Source of the DNA: Balanoglossus misakiensis
Taxonomy: Eukaryota > Animalia > Hemichordata
Direction of reading: 5' to 3'
NCBI GenBank assembly: GCA_040954595.2
Contig: CM082585.2
Location: 4,053,258-4,117,257 of the forward strand
Length of the DNA: 64,000 nucleotides
Shown: positions 11,937 through 24,738 of the stretch, piece by piece
Layout of the letters: every line of letters begins with the position of its first letter
How positions within the stretch are numbered: the first letter of the stretch is position 1
The notes under the pieces: generated by a model
Databases searched by the model: none
What the model saw: only the letters and a program-made list of their open reading frames with translations
What the model was told of the DNA's origin: nothing
Translations under genes and position numbers: made by a program

Positions 11937-12430
11937 TTAATAATTTAATAATTATTTATTTTTATACAGCGATTTCCATCGATAAAAACATCAAACCGCT
12001 TTACAATAAAAAAACAAGCTCATAAAATAAAATATTTAAACCGTGAAAAATACACTGATAAAATGGCTTACTCGGCATTAATACTTTATAAAAAATGTTA
12101 TTAAAAATAACAAAACTGTGACTAAGTCATGTACTTTTAAAAGGGTAAGTTTTGAGAGATGTCTTAAACGAAGCAACGGTTGATGACAATCGAATTTCTT
12201 CTGGTGGGACATTCCAAAGAGTTGGCGCTGCATTAACAAATGAACAGCCACCAAAGTGTTTCTGTCCCGACTTCACTGGCTCCAAAATTGGTGTGAACGC
12301 TGAGCGTGTCAACCGTTTAGGTACATGGACTGTGATCAGATCAGACAGATAGGCAGGAGCTTGTTTGTGCAAAATTTTATAGACAAAAAGGAGAATTTTG
12401 AAATTGATTCTAGCATGGATAGGCAGCCAT
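11937..12430 (-). mobile_element. Old 5'-truncated L2-group LINE fragment (ORF2 C-terminus and 3' UTR)
   Basis: WLPIHARINFKILL...APAYLSDL...APTLWNVPPEEIR...FKTSLKT is homologous to the C-terminus of the 42997-46197 ORF. Ends in a 3' stem-loop (aagcg...cgct) and A/T-rich tail. Confidence 0.85.
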
Positions 12431-13082
12431 TACTACAAACAGTTTATCGTTGTTTTTTCTGTTGTATCGGATATCATATTTAAAACATTAAAAGTCCAGC
12501 AAATGCTGACGACTGGAATGGTGTAGTCTTAATTTTCCATATTTCATGAGAATATAGTTATTAGTTTAACATACATTGTATATAAATTTATTTTATTATT
12601 TTATTTATCACCCTGTGGTAATATCTTCGCCTTGCATCATGCGAGTCATCTTGGGAAACTGTGGGACGCAAAAGATACATTGTTTCACGAAACAATGTCG
12701 CACACAGAAAATATATTTCTTGGCGTGTATCATCGACAAAGATTATTTCAATTTCTGCTTTTATATATTTAAAAAATGACCTGTCCCTATTTCATTGGAG
12801 ATTTGTATTAGCTGAGAAAGGCGGTACAGACTGGAGAAAGCGACATCGAAATTATAACACATCACTTCCCGCGCTTCCCTTACGCTCATCTTCTGTAATT
12901 AGACTACAATGTTTGATTAAACCGGTTATCATGCTACCCTAGACTCTCTCACATCCCCTCTCGCCGTCCATGCAGGCTTATGGTCTGATTGCATATGGGG
13001 CTTCTCCTTTGTTAAACGGTTGAGGGCGCATCAGTGAAGAGCCTTGTACGTGTGGCGAACCGTGGGCTGTGAGAGAGTCTAG

Positions 13083-13571
13083 TAGTCTGGTTCCCTGTCC
13101 CAATCCCACCGCTGGCGGGGAAAGGGTCAGGCACGGCCTATTGCAATCTGATTAAAATCAGTGTAGGGAACGGCGACGTGTTTTTTTATGCTGTAGTGTG
13201 AGGCGACAGCATAAAAAAAACCCAAGTCGCCGTTCCCTACATCTGATTTTAATCAGATTGGGCCTATTGTAAACATGGCTCTCATTGGTCAATAAATACG
13301 AGCATTAAGTTGTTAAGTTGATAAGTTGTTGTAAGATACTCATTTCCCGTTCTCTCCTTCACCTCCATGAATGTTTATCATTCGATTTCCAACTTTACGA
13401 CAAATGAAACAACATAAATTGTCTGTACGAATCTTGACTGGCGTACGGACATTGGAGGCATCCATCTTGTTTATGATCACGTGGTCTGTCCAGGTTTCTG
13501 GGCATGATATCGACCCCTTTCCCTTTAGCGTAGCGCAGCCAGCGGTGGGATTGGGGCAGGGGACCAGACTA
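13083..13571. mobile_element. Non-autonomous TIR element with 9-bp TSD
   Basis: TIRs TAGTCTGGTTCCCTGTCCCAATCCCACCGCTGG / CCAGCGGTGGGATTGGGGCAGGGGACCAGACTA; TSD AGAGTCTAG at 13074-13082 and 13572-13580. Confidence 0.88.
13144..13260. mobile_element. Nested 117-bp hairpin MITE with 9-bp TSD
   Basis: CAATCTGATTAAAATCAG...CTGATTTTAATCAGATTG, near-palindromic; TSD GGCCTATTG at 13135-13143 and 13261-13269. Confidence 0.88.
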
Positions 13572-15405
13572 AGAGTCTAGGATCATGCAGACCATGGATG
13601 TAGGAGACGTGCTAAACGGTTGAGGGCGCGTCAGTGAAGAGCCTTGTAAACGTGGCGAACCGTGGGCTGTGAGAGAGTCTAGCATCATGCAGACCAGGGA
13701 TGTGGGAGACGACACAACCCTTAGACATCTTCACCGTAACGGCACTTGAATGTTGGCTGGAGTTGGCTGCTTTCATCACACGTTTCGAAGTTAGAAGCAC
13801 TGTTGTATGTAGGTGGAGGCATCTTAAGACTTCACCAAGAGTGCGTTTAATTGTCTTCATTGAAGCACTCTTAGGTGACCTGAGGGAAAGTTAGTCAGGT
13901 CGACACTACTGGCTCTCGTTGGTCAATAACACGAACACCGAAAGCTATTTCCAACATTACATCCTGGAAGTTTGTATTTGTTTGCCAAACAAAACACGAT
14001 TTGGCGCACTAGAATGAGAACACTCGTCATTGAACTAATAATACACTTCATGTCGTACTATGTTAAACCTGTGCGTGAACTGTGTCTTTCTATTAAATGT
14101 ATACACTGCGAGGAAAAATATGAATACTGTCCATACACATGTAAATTGAAGTCAAGTCCTCCCTGGGTGTCTGTAAGCCCAAAACCTGCCAAGGAAGGAC
14201 CTCGCCCTCCTTTAGTTAAAAACTATAATAAACTCACGGAATATCAAAATAACTTCAGGTGGGGCGAATTGGCTGAAACATTTTTTTTGTAGATTTATAG
14301 ACTAGAAAAGCTTCATGCGGCGTTGTCCTAAATAAGCCTTTGTACGCGACTAAAAATTTATAGGTGACCCGTGTTTGGGGGAAATGATTGATGCACAGCC
14401 AAAATGGACACGCGTAGGACGTAAATGGTTTGCATACATTCTAACGACGTATAGGCCCAGGTTTTATTCAATAGAGGTGAGTGTAGGCTTGTAAGCATGA
14501 TACTTCCAGGACAAATTAAAGCACAAAATCGTGTGTATGTATTCTGAATCTTATTGCAAGAACTTCCTCAAAGCCAACATGGTGACATTGTTGATAATGT
14601 ATCATTTCTGTACTTTATCGACACAATAATTCAAGTTGGTAGAAGTTGGCATATTCCCAATGAATGTAGATATATTCGGCTGAATATGTGAAATTATGCT
14701 TTCAATTGGAAACACGTTAAATTAAACACATTTAACGGAATTTGAAATAGGTTTTAGCCTATTCGCCAGTTTATCATCCAATAACTGAAAGCCTCAAGAT
14801 GTAGATGTTACAAAATAGCCTTCCCATTGATTTCATTTCCCAAAAATGCTTTTCATGCTCAAGTAATCAATGTTCAAATACGGAATAAAAAAGATTGCTA
14901 GAATTTAAACCAAATTTTTTTTTACAAATACATGTACACAACACACTCATAAAATGCTAAATAAAAACATGCTTTCTGTGCAACACACAAATCACTTTCA
15001 TTCATGTCACACTTTTAGGATTTTGTTCAAAGTGGCGGGTTTAAGGTCACAAGGGGGCAGTGGAAAATGATTGATGTCAAAAATATGTACACGTGGGAAA
15101 CAGATGGTTCACACACATACAAATGACAACACCTCGGATGTATATGCAAGAGGTGTGTATTAAAAATCAAGCTATTCTGTACCTGTACGTCTTGTAGTGT
15201 GCTGTCATGTTTCGTTGAAATTGGCCAAGTTTTCAAACATACACAAAACCTAGGCTTATTTTATTCTCGACCTAAAATGTTGATGAATCCACAAAGAGTC
15301 AAGTGCAGGTGTGTGTACATTTATTTGCATTTCAAGACCTCCGGTACATATACAAGGGGTTATTTGAATTCTACAAAGATGTCACCAATAAAACGGTCTA
15401 TTTAA

Positions 15406-16138
15406 GGTGGCATTGCATGAAAAGTTGTGATTTTTGCCAAATTTTACTTTTTTACATAAATCGGTAGGCCTAATACTGACCCACAACCTGACTAATACGT
15501 CTTGGCGGAAATGGTGCATAATCACCCCAAAATAGCACTTTTCTGAATGAGTTCACAGCTTAACAAATAGGTGTCAACAATGCAAATAGCCGATTTTCTC
15601 AGTTTGCATTTTCGCTGCTCTTGACAACTTCAGACGAAAATAGCTTCGCTCTGCGTTGGCCGAATTTGCTCAAATTTTGACAGGGAATTGTGTATGACCC
15701 ATCCAACAAAACGCTAGTTTTGTTTGTCGATAAAGTGTCCCTGGCGGGAATAAACTCTGATTCAATACAACTCACCGTGAATTTGATCAAATTTTCTGAA
15801 AATCTAACTTTTAAACGCTGTTACTCCTCAATGGAAGCAGATAACGCAAAACAAAATTAGCGTTTTTTTGCACGTGTACTCTAGTTTTGAATGACATATT
15901 AAGATGCATGATGCATGGTCAACTTTTTTACCTATTTTAAATTTCATGACATAATATCAAAAAATGGGTTTTTTCACCCAAAATCGCCACCATTTCCGGG
16001 GATCAATAATATTTGCAACTCAAACAAAAGTTCAAAATCTCAGCTTCCAGAATATATATGGTTTATGGGGGTTTTAACTTTTTCTTTGATGAGAAATAGG
16101 CCTCTGAAAAAGTCTCGACGGTTTCATGCAGTGCCACC
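15406..16138. mobile_element. Non-autonomous TTAA-targeting DNA transposon (Kolobok-like)
   Basis: TTAA|GGTGGCATTGCATGAAA...TTTCATGCAGTGCCACC|TTAA. The paralogous empty site, with a single TTAA, is at about 21421. Confidence 0.9.
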
Positions 16139-16748
16139 TTAATATACAAATATTAGGCTATTAGCAAGAATATACAAGGTATCTCTTCATGCGATGAAAG
16201 CCCAACTTTGAAAAAAAATGCAAATAAGCAATTAGCGGTATCACTCCGAATCACCGACCCTGTTTGATGAGGGATAGTAAGAGAAATTTATCTCAGGGAG
16301 AGTATACTGTCGACTTATTTATTTCGGTTTTGAATTATATTTGCACAAATACTTGACTACCAGAATGTAAAATGACTGTTCTGGTTAGTATCTGCCATTT
16401 TTACGATAAGAGAGTACAATCACGGGGGCATATTCAGTACATCTCTGGTTCTGTCTTACTGTTGGCAAAATACGGATTTTAGAGTCTATAGGTATTCAAC
16501 TAAAATAAGGCAGTTATTGTTTCTGAACTCTGCATTCAGTATACGTGTATCAGACAATTCCACACCCATTTCCAAATATATCACAACCACGAGTTACATG
16601 TCAATCATTCGCTAAAATAAAAAAAGATATCAAGAATAGAAACCAATTAAAAGAGTGCACGTGGCGGTCATGCCAATCGAAAAAAGTTGATATGTGGCCA
16701 TCGGAGGGGTGCAGAGTGTAGTCATTTGCTGCGAATCGAGAAGTCAAC

Positions 16749-16797
16749 ATGATGTGGTTATCTTTTGCTGTGTTGATAGCTGTAGTTCCCGTTGCAT
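16749..16797 (+). CDS. Secreted two-PAN/Apple-domain protein, copy A, exon 1 (signal peptide)
   Basis: MMWLSFAVLIAVVPVA followed by a phase-1 |gtaagt. Confidence 0.8.
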
Positions 16798-17114
16798 GTA
16801 AGTAAAACAAATCCTTAAACTGATTTCTGGCGTCATGTATTTATTCTGTATGTAATTGAGAATACAATTGCGGATGTAAAATTTGAAATCAGATGGCATA
16901 ATTATCTCAAACTTACTATTAGTATTGTCGTCAATATACGTGTTAAATCTTCGAAGAATGTTTTTTTCTCTTCAGCAAATTTGTCCTCGAGGCGCTTACT
17001 ATATAGCAATATTTAGTATACTATTTTGTGGTAGGGTTCATATCTCTGTCAATAGTTGCCGTAATATTTTGTCATTATTGTGATACGATGATTGTGTTTT
17101 TGTATTTTGCAAAG

Positions 17115-17345
17115 GGTCTTCACCATCGATTCAGTGTTCAGTTGTGGTGGGAACGGACCTAAGAGGCAACACTATTGACACAATCGAAAATGTGGAAACT
17201 GCCTTTGGCTGTTGTGCTGCCTGCAAAGAAAACCCACAATGCATCGCGTACGCCTGGGGCACCACTACACTGAATTGTTACCTGCGAGACAGTATTGATG
17301 AAGTTGCTGATATTTCGTGGGCAGTGAGTGGAATCATGTCCTTGG
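17115..17345 (+). CDS. Secreted two-PAN/Apple-domain protein, copy A, exon 2 (PAN domain 1)
   Basis: 231-bp phase 1-1 exon: C..GTDLRGNTI...CCAACKENPQCIAYAW...CYLR...AVSG, a PAN_4/Apple cysteine pattern. Confidence 0.88.
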
Positions 17346-17818
17346 GTAGGATGCGCTATATTTATGTTATAATGTTCTTTAGTTTAAAGATCCATTCGCC
17401 TTAATTTGTATTTTTGTTTTCTGTGTATATACAGTAGTTTTTTGTTCTACTGTATGAAGCATGATGACATGTCCAGTACCCAAGCTCTATGTGTATGGTC
17501 AGCATTGTTATTGTGCCACAAGGTTTATTGCAGATAATATTCATTCAATTAAAATATTTAATTTTGTTTTCTGAATCAACGTGTCGACTACATATATATA
17601 TATATATATATATATAGATTACATACTCGATGTACAAATCCCTATTGTCATAATAATTGTATTTTTTTAATGAATTTCATACTTGTGATTGTGTCATCTC
17701 GCATTCGGACGATTCTTGTTGACTCCATTTTTCAAGCTTCTCAGCGTCTGGTCCTTAATGCCCAAAATGTGTAATATAATAGGTTTCAAATATGATATAT
17801 CGATATCTTTGTCCGTAG

Positions 17819-18046
17819 ATAACAATCATAACGCCAAATGTGTTGGTTTAACTGGCACCAGCTTGTATGCAGACAATCTGGACGTTGTAATAAAGGACAA
17901 CTCAGACGAATGTTGCACCGAGTGCTTTGCAAACGCAGAATGTACTGTGTGGACATACAGTCTGATTTCAAAGAAATGCTATCTGAGGCATGGTTTTGAT
18001 ACTATCAACAAAGTATATTGGGCTATTTCAGGAGTAGTTTCCAGAG
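17819..18046 (+). CDS. Secreted two-PAN/Apple-domain protein, copy A, exon 3 (PAN domain 2)
   Basis: 228-bp phase 1-1 exon: CVGLTGTSLYADNL...CCTECFANAECTVWTY...CYLR...AISG. Confidence 0.88.
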
Positions 18047-18435
18047 GTAGGTATATGGATTTCTATACCATACTTAATCCGCCAGAAGGTGTCTCAGTAA
18101 ATGTTGCACGTAATCGTTTTGAAAGTAGTCAAGAATGGAGGCTTCAGTGAAAAGTTCTGATCGGATGGCAAATTCAAAGATAAGTCAAGTACTGAGGAGC
18201 GAAATAATGAAAGAAGAAATAAACAACCGCTCATTGAAATTTTGGTTTTACACAATATAGAAAGGGTCAACATTCCTCAATTAGGAACATATAAAGTTTT
18301 CTCTCATTTGTATAGCAAATGGATGACTTTGGAAGTTTCGTGTGTTGCTTCAAAGTATTATTTCATTCCTCTTGTATTTATTAATCTTGATATCTGTCGA
18401 CAGTGTATGTAATTGTTTCCCTTTTTTCATTTTAG

Positions 18436-18440
18436 TCTAA
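18436..18440 (+). CDS. Two-PAN protein copy A, probable terminal exon (V-stop)
   Basis: Polypyrimidine tract then ttag|TC TAA, completing a 170-aa protein. Confidence 0.55.
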
Positions 18441-18992
18441 CCGTCCTGGAAATCTACACCAATGGATACATAACGTGGCTATATATACGCACTTGGAAAT
18501 TGTCATTGTAGAACCAATCTTTCGTGCTCCTTTTTGAATTTACTTGGCATGTACAACTTGGAAATAATCTCCAATTTTCTTTAGAAATAGAAATTAAACC
18601 TACATTTAAGCATCAATGACTTGTTTAGTGTCGAATGAAGTTGTAAATCTCAAATGTGAAGACAGATCGACAGGAAACACGAACAACAAACAACTGATAG
18701 ACAGACATTAGCGTTTGTGTGTGTGTATGTGTGTGTCTGTGTGTGACACTCAATGAATTCCATACATTCTCATGTTCAAAATGAATTGATTTCTACACTT
18801 TAAAGGTGTTTTATGTATCTTTTTTCAAGTGGACATTCATACTAACGGTCGCCATCACGAGTATAAATATTGTACTGAAAATCTTCACATACGTATCTGT
18901 CAATCAGATGTGATTTGTTTACATTGCCATGACCATGGTCCCTCTAAGCACCTTGTTGCATAGATGGAGGCAAAGTTTTTCTTTCGACATTA

Positions 18993-19324
18993 GGCCTGTG
19001 TTTATTTTGCTTTAGCCCCCCCCCCCCCCGCCTCCCAACCCGACCTAAGACGTGCGACAGGAAGTAGCCGCCCTCAGTGGTGTAGCGTGCGCCAAACACG
19101 TGATACCACCGGACACCCGTATCCTTCGGTAGAGGGCGTGAAAAAAAGTCACTTACCGGCCGCCATGTTGAACAGAAGTTTGCTGTGCAGATGGCGGAGG
19201 TTAGTCACTAAAATGAAAAACAAATGCCATCAGCAAGCTTTAGGACATGAAACCATAATTGACACTATGTATATTTATTTTAATTTTACACACCGGGAAA
19301 TAAAAAAGTCAGAAAAAACAGGCC
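18993..19324. mobile_element. Harbinger-like MITE
   Basis: tta|GGCCTGTGTTT...AAAAACAGGCC|tag termini. Confidence 0.55.
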
Positions 19325-19951
19325 TAGTTTTGAGGAATGAGGAACATGAACTTGTGAGAACATGACTTCATGAGTCAAAATGGCTGTCGCATAGGATGAA
19401 GATCGAAATCCTCACTTAAATCATAGACCCTGGAGACGACAAGGGGACGCACGAATGTGGCGAAGATCAAAGGCAATCTTCCTGTGGATAAACTCGGCTG
19501 GGATTACGGCTAATACTATGACAGTACTTCATGACCTCTGCGCGCGATCTGTGTCATACAGAAATTATTTTCATGAGTGATGCGGTGTATGCTGCCGCTG
19601 TTATTATTGCATATGTTTTTAATAATCTCAATTCACTCTATATGTAAGTTTTGACATGTTTTATGTGGGGCTTGTAAATATCAATAAAAATCCAACCAAG
19701 TGTAAAATAGCACTTGCTTGCCAATAGTTTATTCAACAAATGGTCCGAAAAATGTAATTTTGAAAGGAACTTTTTTTCTTCATTCTCACAGTAATGAGAG
19801 GCAATACTGTGAATCACAAAATAATCTGCAGTACATATGCAGTTGTCCATTTCATGTGACTTCTTTGTCATTTCGCACATACGGATACCGAGTACCAAGT
19901 TTGTAACTCGATTTTGACAAAAAATTTAGGCAATCTTAAAAATTGTCAGTG

Positions 19952-22900
19952 CCAAATGCTCCCCACCAGACGACCATTGGAAGACTTAGATACGGACGTA
20001 TAATGGGATGACATGTTTAACTTGTGAATTGTGGGTATAGTTGTCCTCTTTTGATGTTCGCACAACACTATTGATCACATGTTCTAAGAACATGTATACA
20101 TATTTTCGAAACGAGTACGTTGAAAAGCGTACACTACGAGGAAAAATATGAATACTGTCCATACACATGTAAATTGAAGTCAAGTCCTCCCTGGGTGTCT
20201 GTAAGCCCAAAACCTGCCAAGGAAGGACCTTGCCCTACTTCAGTTGAAAACTATAATAAACTCCTGGAATATCAAAATAACTTCAGGTGGGACGAATTAG
20301 CTGAAACATTTCTTTTGTAGATTTATAGACTAGAAAAGCTTCATGCGGCGTTGTCCTAAATAAGCCTTTGTACGCGACTAAAAATTTATAGGTGACCCGT
20401 GTTTGGGGGAAATGATTGATGCACAGCCAAAATGAGTACGCGTTGAAGGTAAATGGTTTGCATACATTCTAACGACGTATAGGTGCAAGTTATATTCAAA
20501 GGAGGTTAGTGCAGTTTGGTAAGCATGACAGTTCCATGACAAATTAAAGCACAAAATCTGTTTATGTATTCTGAATATTATTGCAAGAACTTCCTCAAAG
20601 CCAACATGATGACATTGTTGATAATGTATCATTTCTGTACTTTATCGGCACAATAATTCAAGTTGGGAGAAGTTGGCACATTTCCTACAATGTAGATATA
20701 TTCGGTTGAATATATGAAATTATGCTTTCAATTGAAAACATGTTAAATTAAAAACATTATAACGGAATATGAAATACTAGTAGGTTTTAACCTATTCGCC
20801 AGTTTATCATCCACTAACTGATAGCCTCAAAATGTAGATGTTACAAAATAGCCTTCCCATTGATTTCATTTCGCAAAAGCTTTTCACGTAGACAATGTTC
20901 AAATACGGAATAAAAAAGGATTGCGAGAATTGAAACCAACATTTACAATACATGTACACAACACACTCATAAAATGCTAAATAAAAACATGCTTTCTGTG
21001 CAACACACAAATCACTTTCACTCATGTCACACTTTTAGGATTTTGTTCAAAGTGGCGGGTTTAAGGTCACAAGGGGGCAGTGGAAAATGATTGATGTCAA
21101 AAATATGTACACGTGGGAAACAGATGGTTCACACACATACAAATGACAACACCTCGGATGTATATGCAAGAGGTGTGTATTAAAAATCAAGCTATTCTGT
21201 ACCTGTACGTCTTGTAGTGTGCTGTCATGTTTCGTTGAAATTGGCCAAGTTTCCAAACATACACAAAACTAGGCTTATTTTATTCTCGACCTAAAATGTT
21301 GATGAATCCACAAAGAGTCAAGTGCAGGTGTGTGTACATTTATTTGCATTTCAAGACCTCCGGTACATATACAAGGGGTTATTTGAATTCTGCAAAGATG
21401 TCACCAATAAAACGGTCTATTTAATATACAAACATTAGGCTATTCGCAAGAATATACAAGGTATCTCTTCATGCGATGAAAGCCCAACTTTGAAAAATAT
21501 GCAAATAAGCAATTAGCGGTATCACTGTGAATCACCGACCCACTTTGATGAGGGATAGCAAGAGAAATTGATCTCAGGGATAGTATATTGTCGACTTATT
21601 TATTTCGGTTTTGAATTATATTTGCACAATTACTTGACTACCAGAATGTAAAGTGACTGTTCTGGTTAATATCTGCAATTTTTTATGATACAAGAGTACA
21701 AGCACGGGGGTTTAGAGTCTATAGGTATTCAACTAAAATAAGGCAATTAGGTGTTTCTGGCCAATGTATTCAGAATGTTTTCTGGCATCATGTATTTATT
21801 CATTATATAATTGAGAATACAATTGCGGATGTGAAATTTGAAATCAGATGGCATAATTATCTCAAACTTGCTATTAGTATTGCCGTCAATATATGTGTTA
21901 AATCTTCGAAGAATGTTTTTTTCTCTTCAGCAAATTTGTCCTCGAGGCGCTTACTATATAGCAATATTTAGTATACTATTTTGTGGTAGGGTTCATATCT
22001 CTGTCAATAGTTGCCGTAATATTTTGTCAGAATTGTGATACGATGATTGTGTTTTTGTATTTTGCAAAGGGTCTTCACCATCGATTCAGTGTTCAGTTGT
22101 GGTGGGAACGGACCTAAGAGGCAACACTATTGACACAATCGAAAATGTGGAAACTGCCTTTGGCTGTTGCGCTGCCTGCAAAGAAAACCCACAATGCATC
22201 GCGTACGCCTGGGGCACCACTACACTGAATTGTTACCTGCGAGACAGTATTGATGAAGTTGCTGATATTTCGTGGGCAGTGAGTGGAATCATGTCCTTGG
22301 GTAGGATGCGCCATATTTATGTTATAATGTTCTTTAGTTTAAAGATCCATTCGCCTTAATTTGTATTTTTGTTTTCTGTGTATATACAGTAGTTTTTTGT
22401 TCTACTGTATGAAGCATGATGACATGTCCAGTACCCAAGCTCTATGTGTATGGTCAGCATTGTTATTGTGCCACAAGGTTTATTGCAGGTAATATTCATT
22501 CAATTAAAATATTTAATTTTGTTTTATGAATCAACGTGTCGACTACATATATATATATGGATTACATACTCGATATACAAATCCCTATTGTCATAATAAT
22601 TGTATTTTTTTCATGAATTTCATAATTGTGATTTGTGTCATCTCGCATTCGGACGATTCTTGCCGACTCCATTCTTCACAATTGTCAGCGCCTGGTCCTT
22701 AATGCCAAAAATGTGTAATATAATTGGTTTAAAATATGAAATCTATATCTTTGTCCGTAGATAGCAATCATAACGCCAAATGTGTTGGTTTAACTGGCAC
22801 CAGCTTGTATGCAGACAATCTGGACGTTGTGATAAAGGACAACTCAGACGAATGTTGCACCGAGTGCTTTGCAAACGCAGAATGTACTGTGTGGACATAC

Positions 22901-22963
22901 AGTCTGATTTCAAAGAAATGCTATCTGAGGCATGGTTTTGATACTATCAACAAAGTATATTGG
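19952..22963 (+). pseudogene. Direct segmental duplicate (copy B) of the PAN locus, lacking exon 1 and truncated in exon 3
   Basis: Exon 2 (22070-22300) and partial exon 3 (22761-22963) are near-identical to copy A. The exon-1 region is deleted near 21770, and the copy breaks at YW|atcc. Confidence 0.85.
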
Positions 22964-23616
22964 ATCCGAATGTCAACTTGTTCAACCCAGTGATTCCTAA
23001 AATAGTATGCGCCGCGAGGCCGACAGAAGAAGGACGGGAAGGAAAAGAACAATTTTCGAAGATTTAACACGGATATTGACGACAATAAAAATTGCAACTT
23101 TGACATAATTAGGCCATCTGATTTCAAATTTTACATCCGAAATTTCTCTCTCAATTATACACAGAATAAAAAAGTATCGTCAGAAAAAATAGTTGAAGGA
23201 TTTGTTTTACTTACATGCAACGTCAATTACAGCTACTAACACAGCAAAGGATAACCACATCATGTTGACTTCTTGATTCGCAGCAAATGACTATACTCTG
23301 CACCCTTCCGATGGCCACATATCAATTTTTTTCGATTGGCATGACCGCCACGTGCACTCTGTTAATTGGTTTCTATTCTTGATATCTTTTTTTATTTTAG
23401 AGAATGATTGACATGTAACTCGTGGTTGGGATATATTTGGAAATGGGTGTGGAATTGTCTGATACACGTATACTGAATGCAGAGTTCAGAAACACTAACT
23501 GCCTTATTTTAGTTGAATACCTATAGACTCTAAAATCTTTATTTTGCCAACAGTAAGACAGAACCAGAGATGTATTGAATATGCCCCCGTGCTTGTACTC
23601 TCGTATCATAAAAAAA

Positions 23617-24738
23617 TAGCGTCAAGGACACTGTGGTCCCATTTGAGGATTATGCGGAAACAGTGACACACCAGAATAAAAAGTACAGGTGACATTGCAA
23701 GCAGATCTGCAAGCAGCAATATCGGGCCTAAGCCAACATAGCACATAGCAACATAGCAATAAGCATATCTGCTCTGGATGCCAAGATATGGAAAAGTAGG
23801 TCAAAGGTCACCTGAGGTTATGCAAAATTTGGGCAAGAAATTTTGACCCTATACTGGTCCATGTTCAACAAAAACCAAACCTATAGCCCTATTGGTTAGC
23901 CTGGAATTAGGTATGCACATAATTAATAAGATATGCAGGTGTCACAGGTGACCCCAAATTTTGGCTTTTCAATTTTAGTCCCAACCCTCCAAACGCCAAG
24001 TCTGTACCTGCTCTGGATGCCAAGATATGATAAAGTAGGTCAAAGGTCACCTGAGGTCATGCAAAATTTGGGCAAGACATTTTGACCCTATACTGGTCCA
24101 GGTCCCATAAGAACGAAACCTCTAGCCCTATTAGTTAGCCCGGAATTAGGTATGCACATAATTAATGTGTTAAGCAGGTGTTACAGGTGAGCCCAAAATT
24201 TTGCCGTTTATTTTGGCCCCATTGTGCTCACTGACCAATAGACAGTCACTGTACAGGACTATTGCACAGACCAGAATTCCACAATAAGACGTGGACATAG
24301 CTTAACCATAGAGGTATAAGTAAAGGTATAAATTTAATAAAAAGACTAAAAAATTCATAAAAAATAAAACATCGATGATATTAACTTAACACTTACAGGT
24401 CGATGTGAGGTTGACATAAGGTACATGCATACCAATTTTTAAAGCAATCTGACGAGTAGTTGTTGACTTTCAGAGTTTTGATAAATTTCACATTTTTCCA
24501 GCTAATTTGCATATTTTTGGGCCTGGCAACTTCGTTTGGACAAACTCCCATCTACAGCCCAGGATGCACCTACACACCAAATATTGAGGTGATACGCGCA
24601 GCGGTTTTCAAGTTTTTGATGTGGACGGACATACAGACATACATCCATCCATACATCCAAACATACATCCATACATACATACAGACGCAACCGATCCCAT
24701 AAGGTCCCATGGTATATATGCCTATACCAATGGGACCT
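23617..24738 (-). mobile_element. Helentron-associated interspersed element (HINE/DINE-1-like)
   Basis: Minus strand: TTTT|AGGTCCCAT..ATGGGACC 5' inverted repeat, (GTAT/GGAT)n microsatellite, about 239-bp central tandem repeats, GGGACC subterminal repeat, short 3' hairpin AGTGTC-CTT-GACGCT, then T-run. Inserted in a T-tract and absent in copies A and B. Confidence 0.82.
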
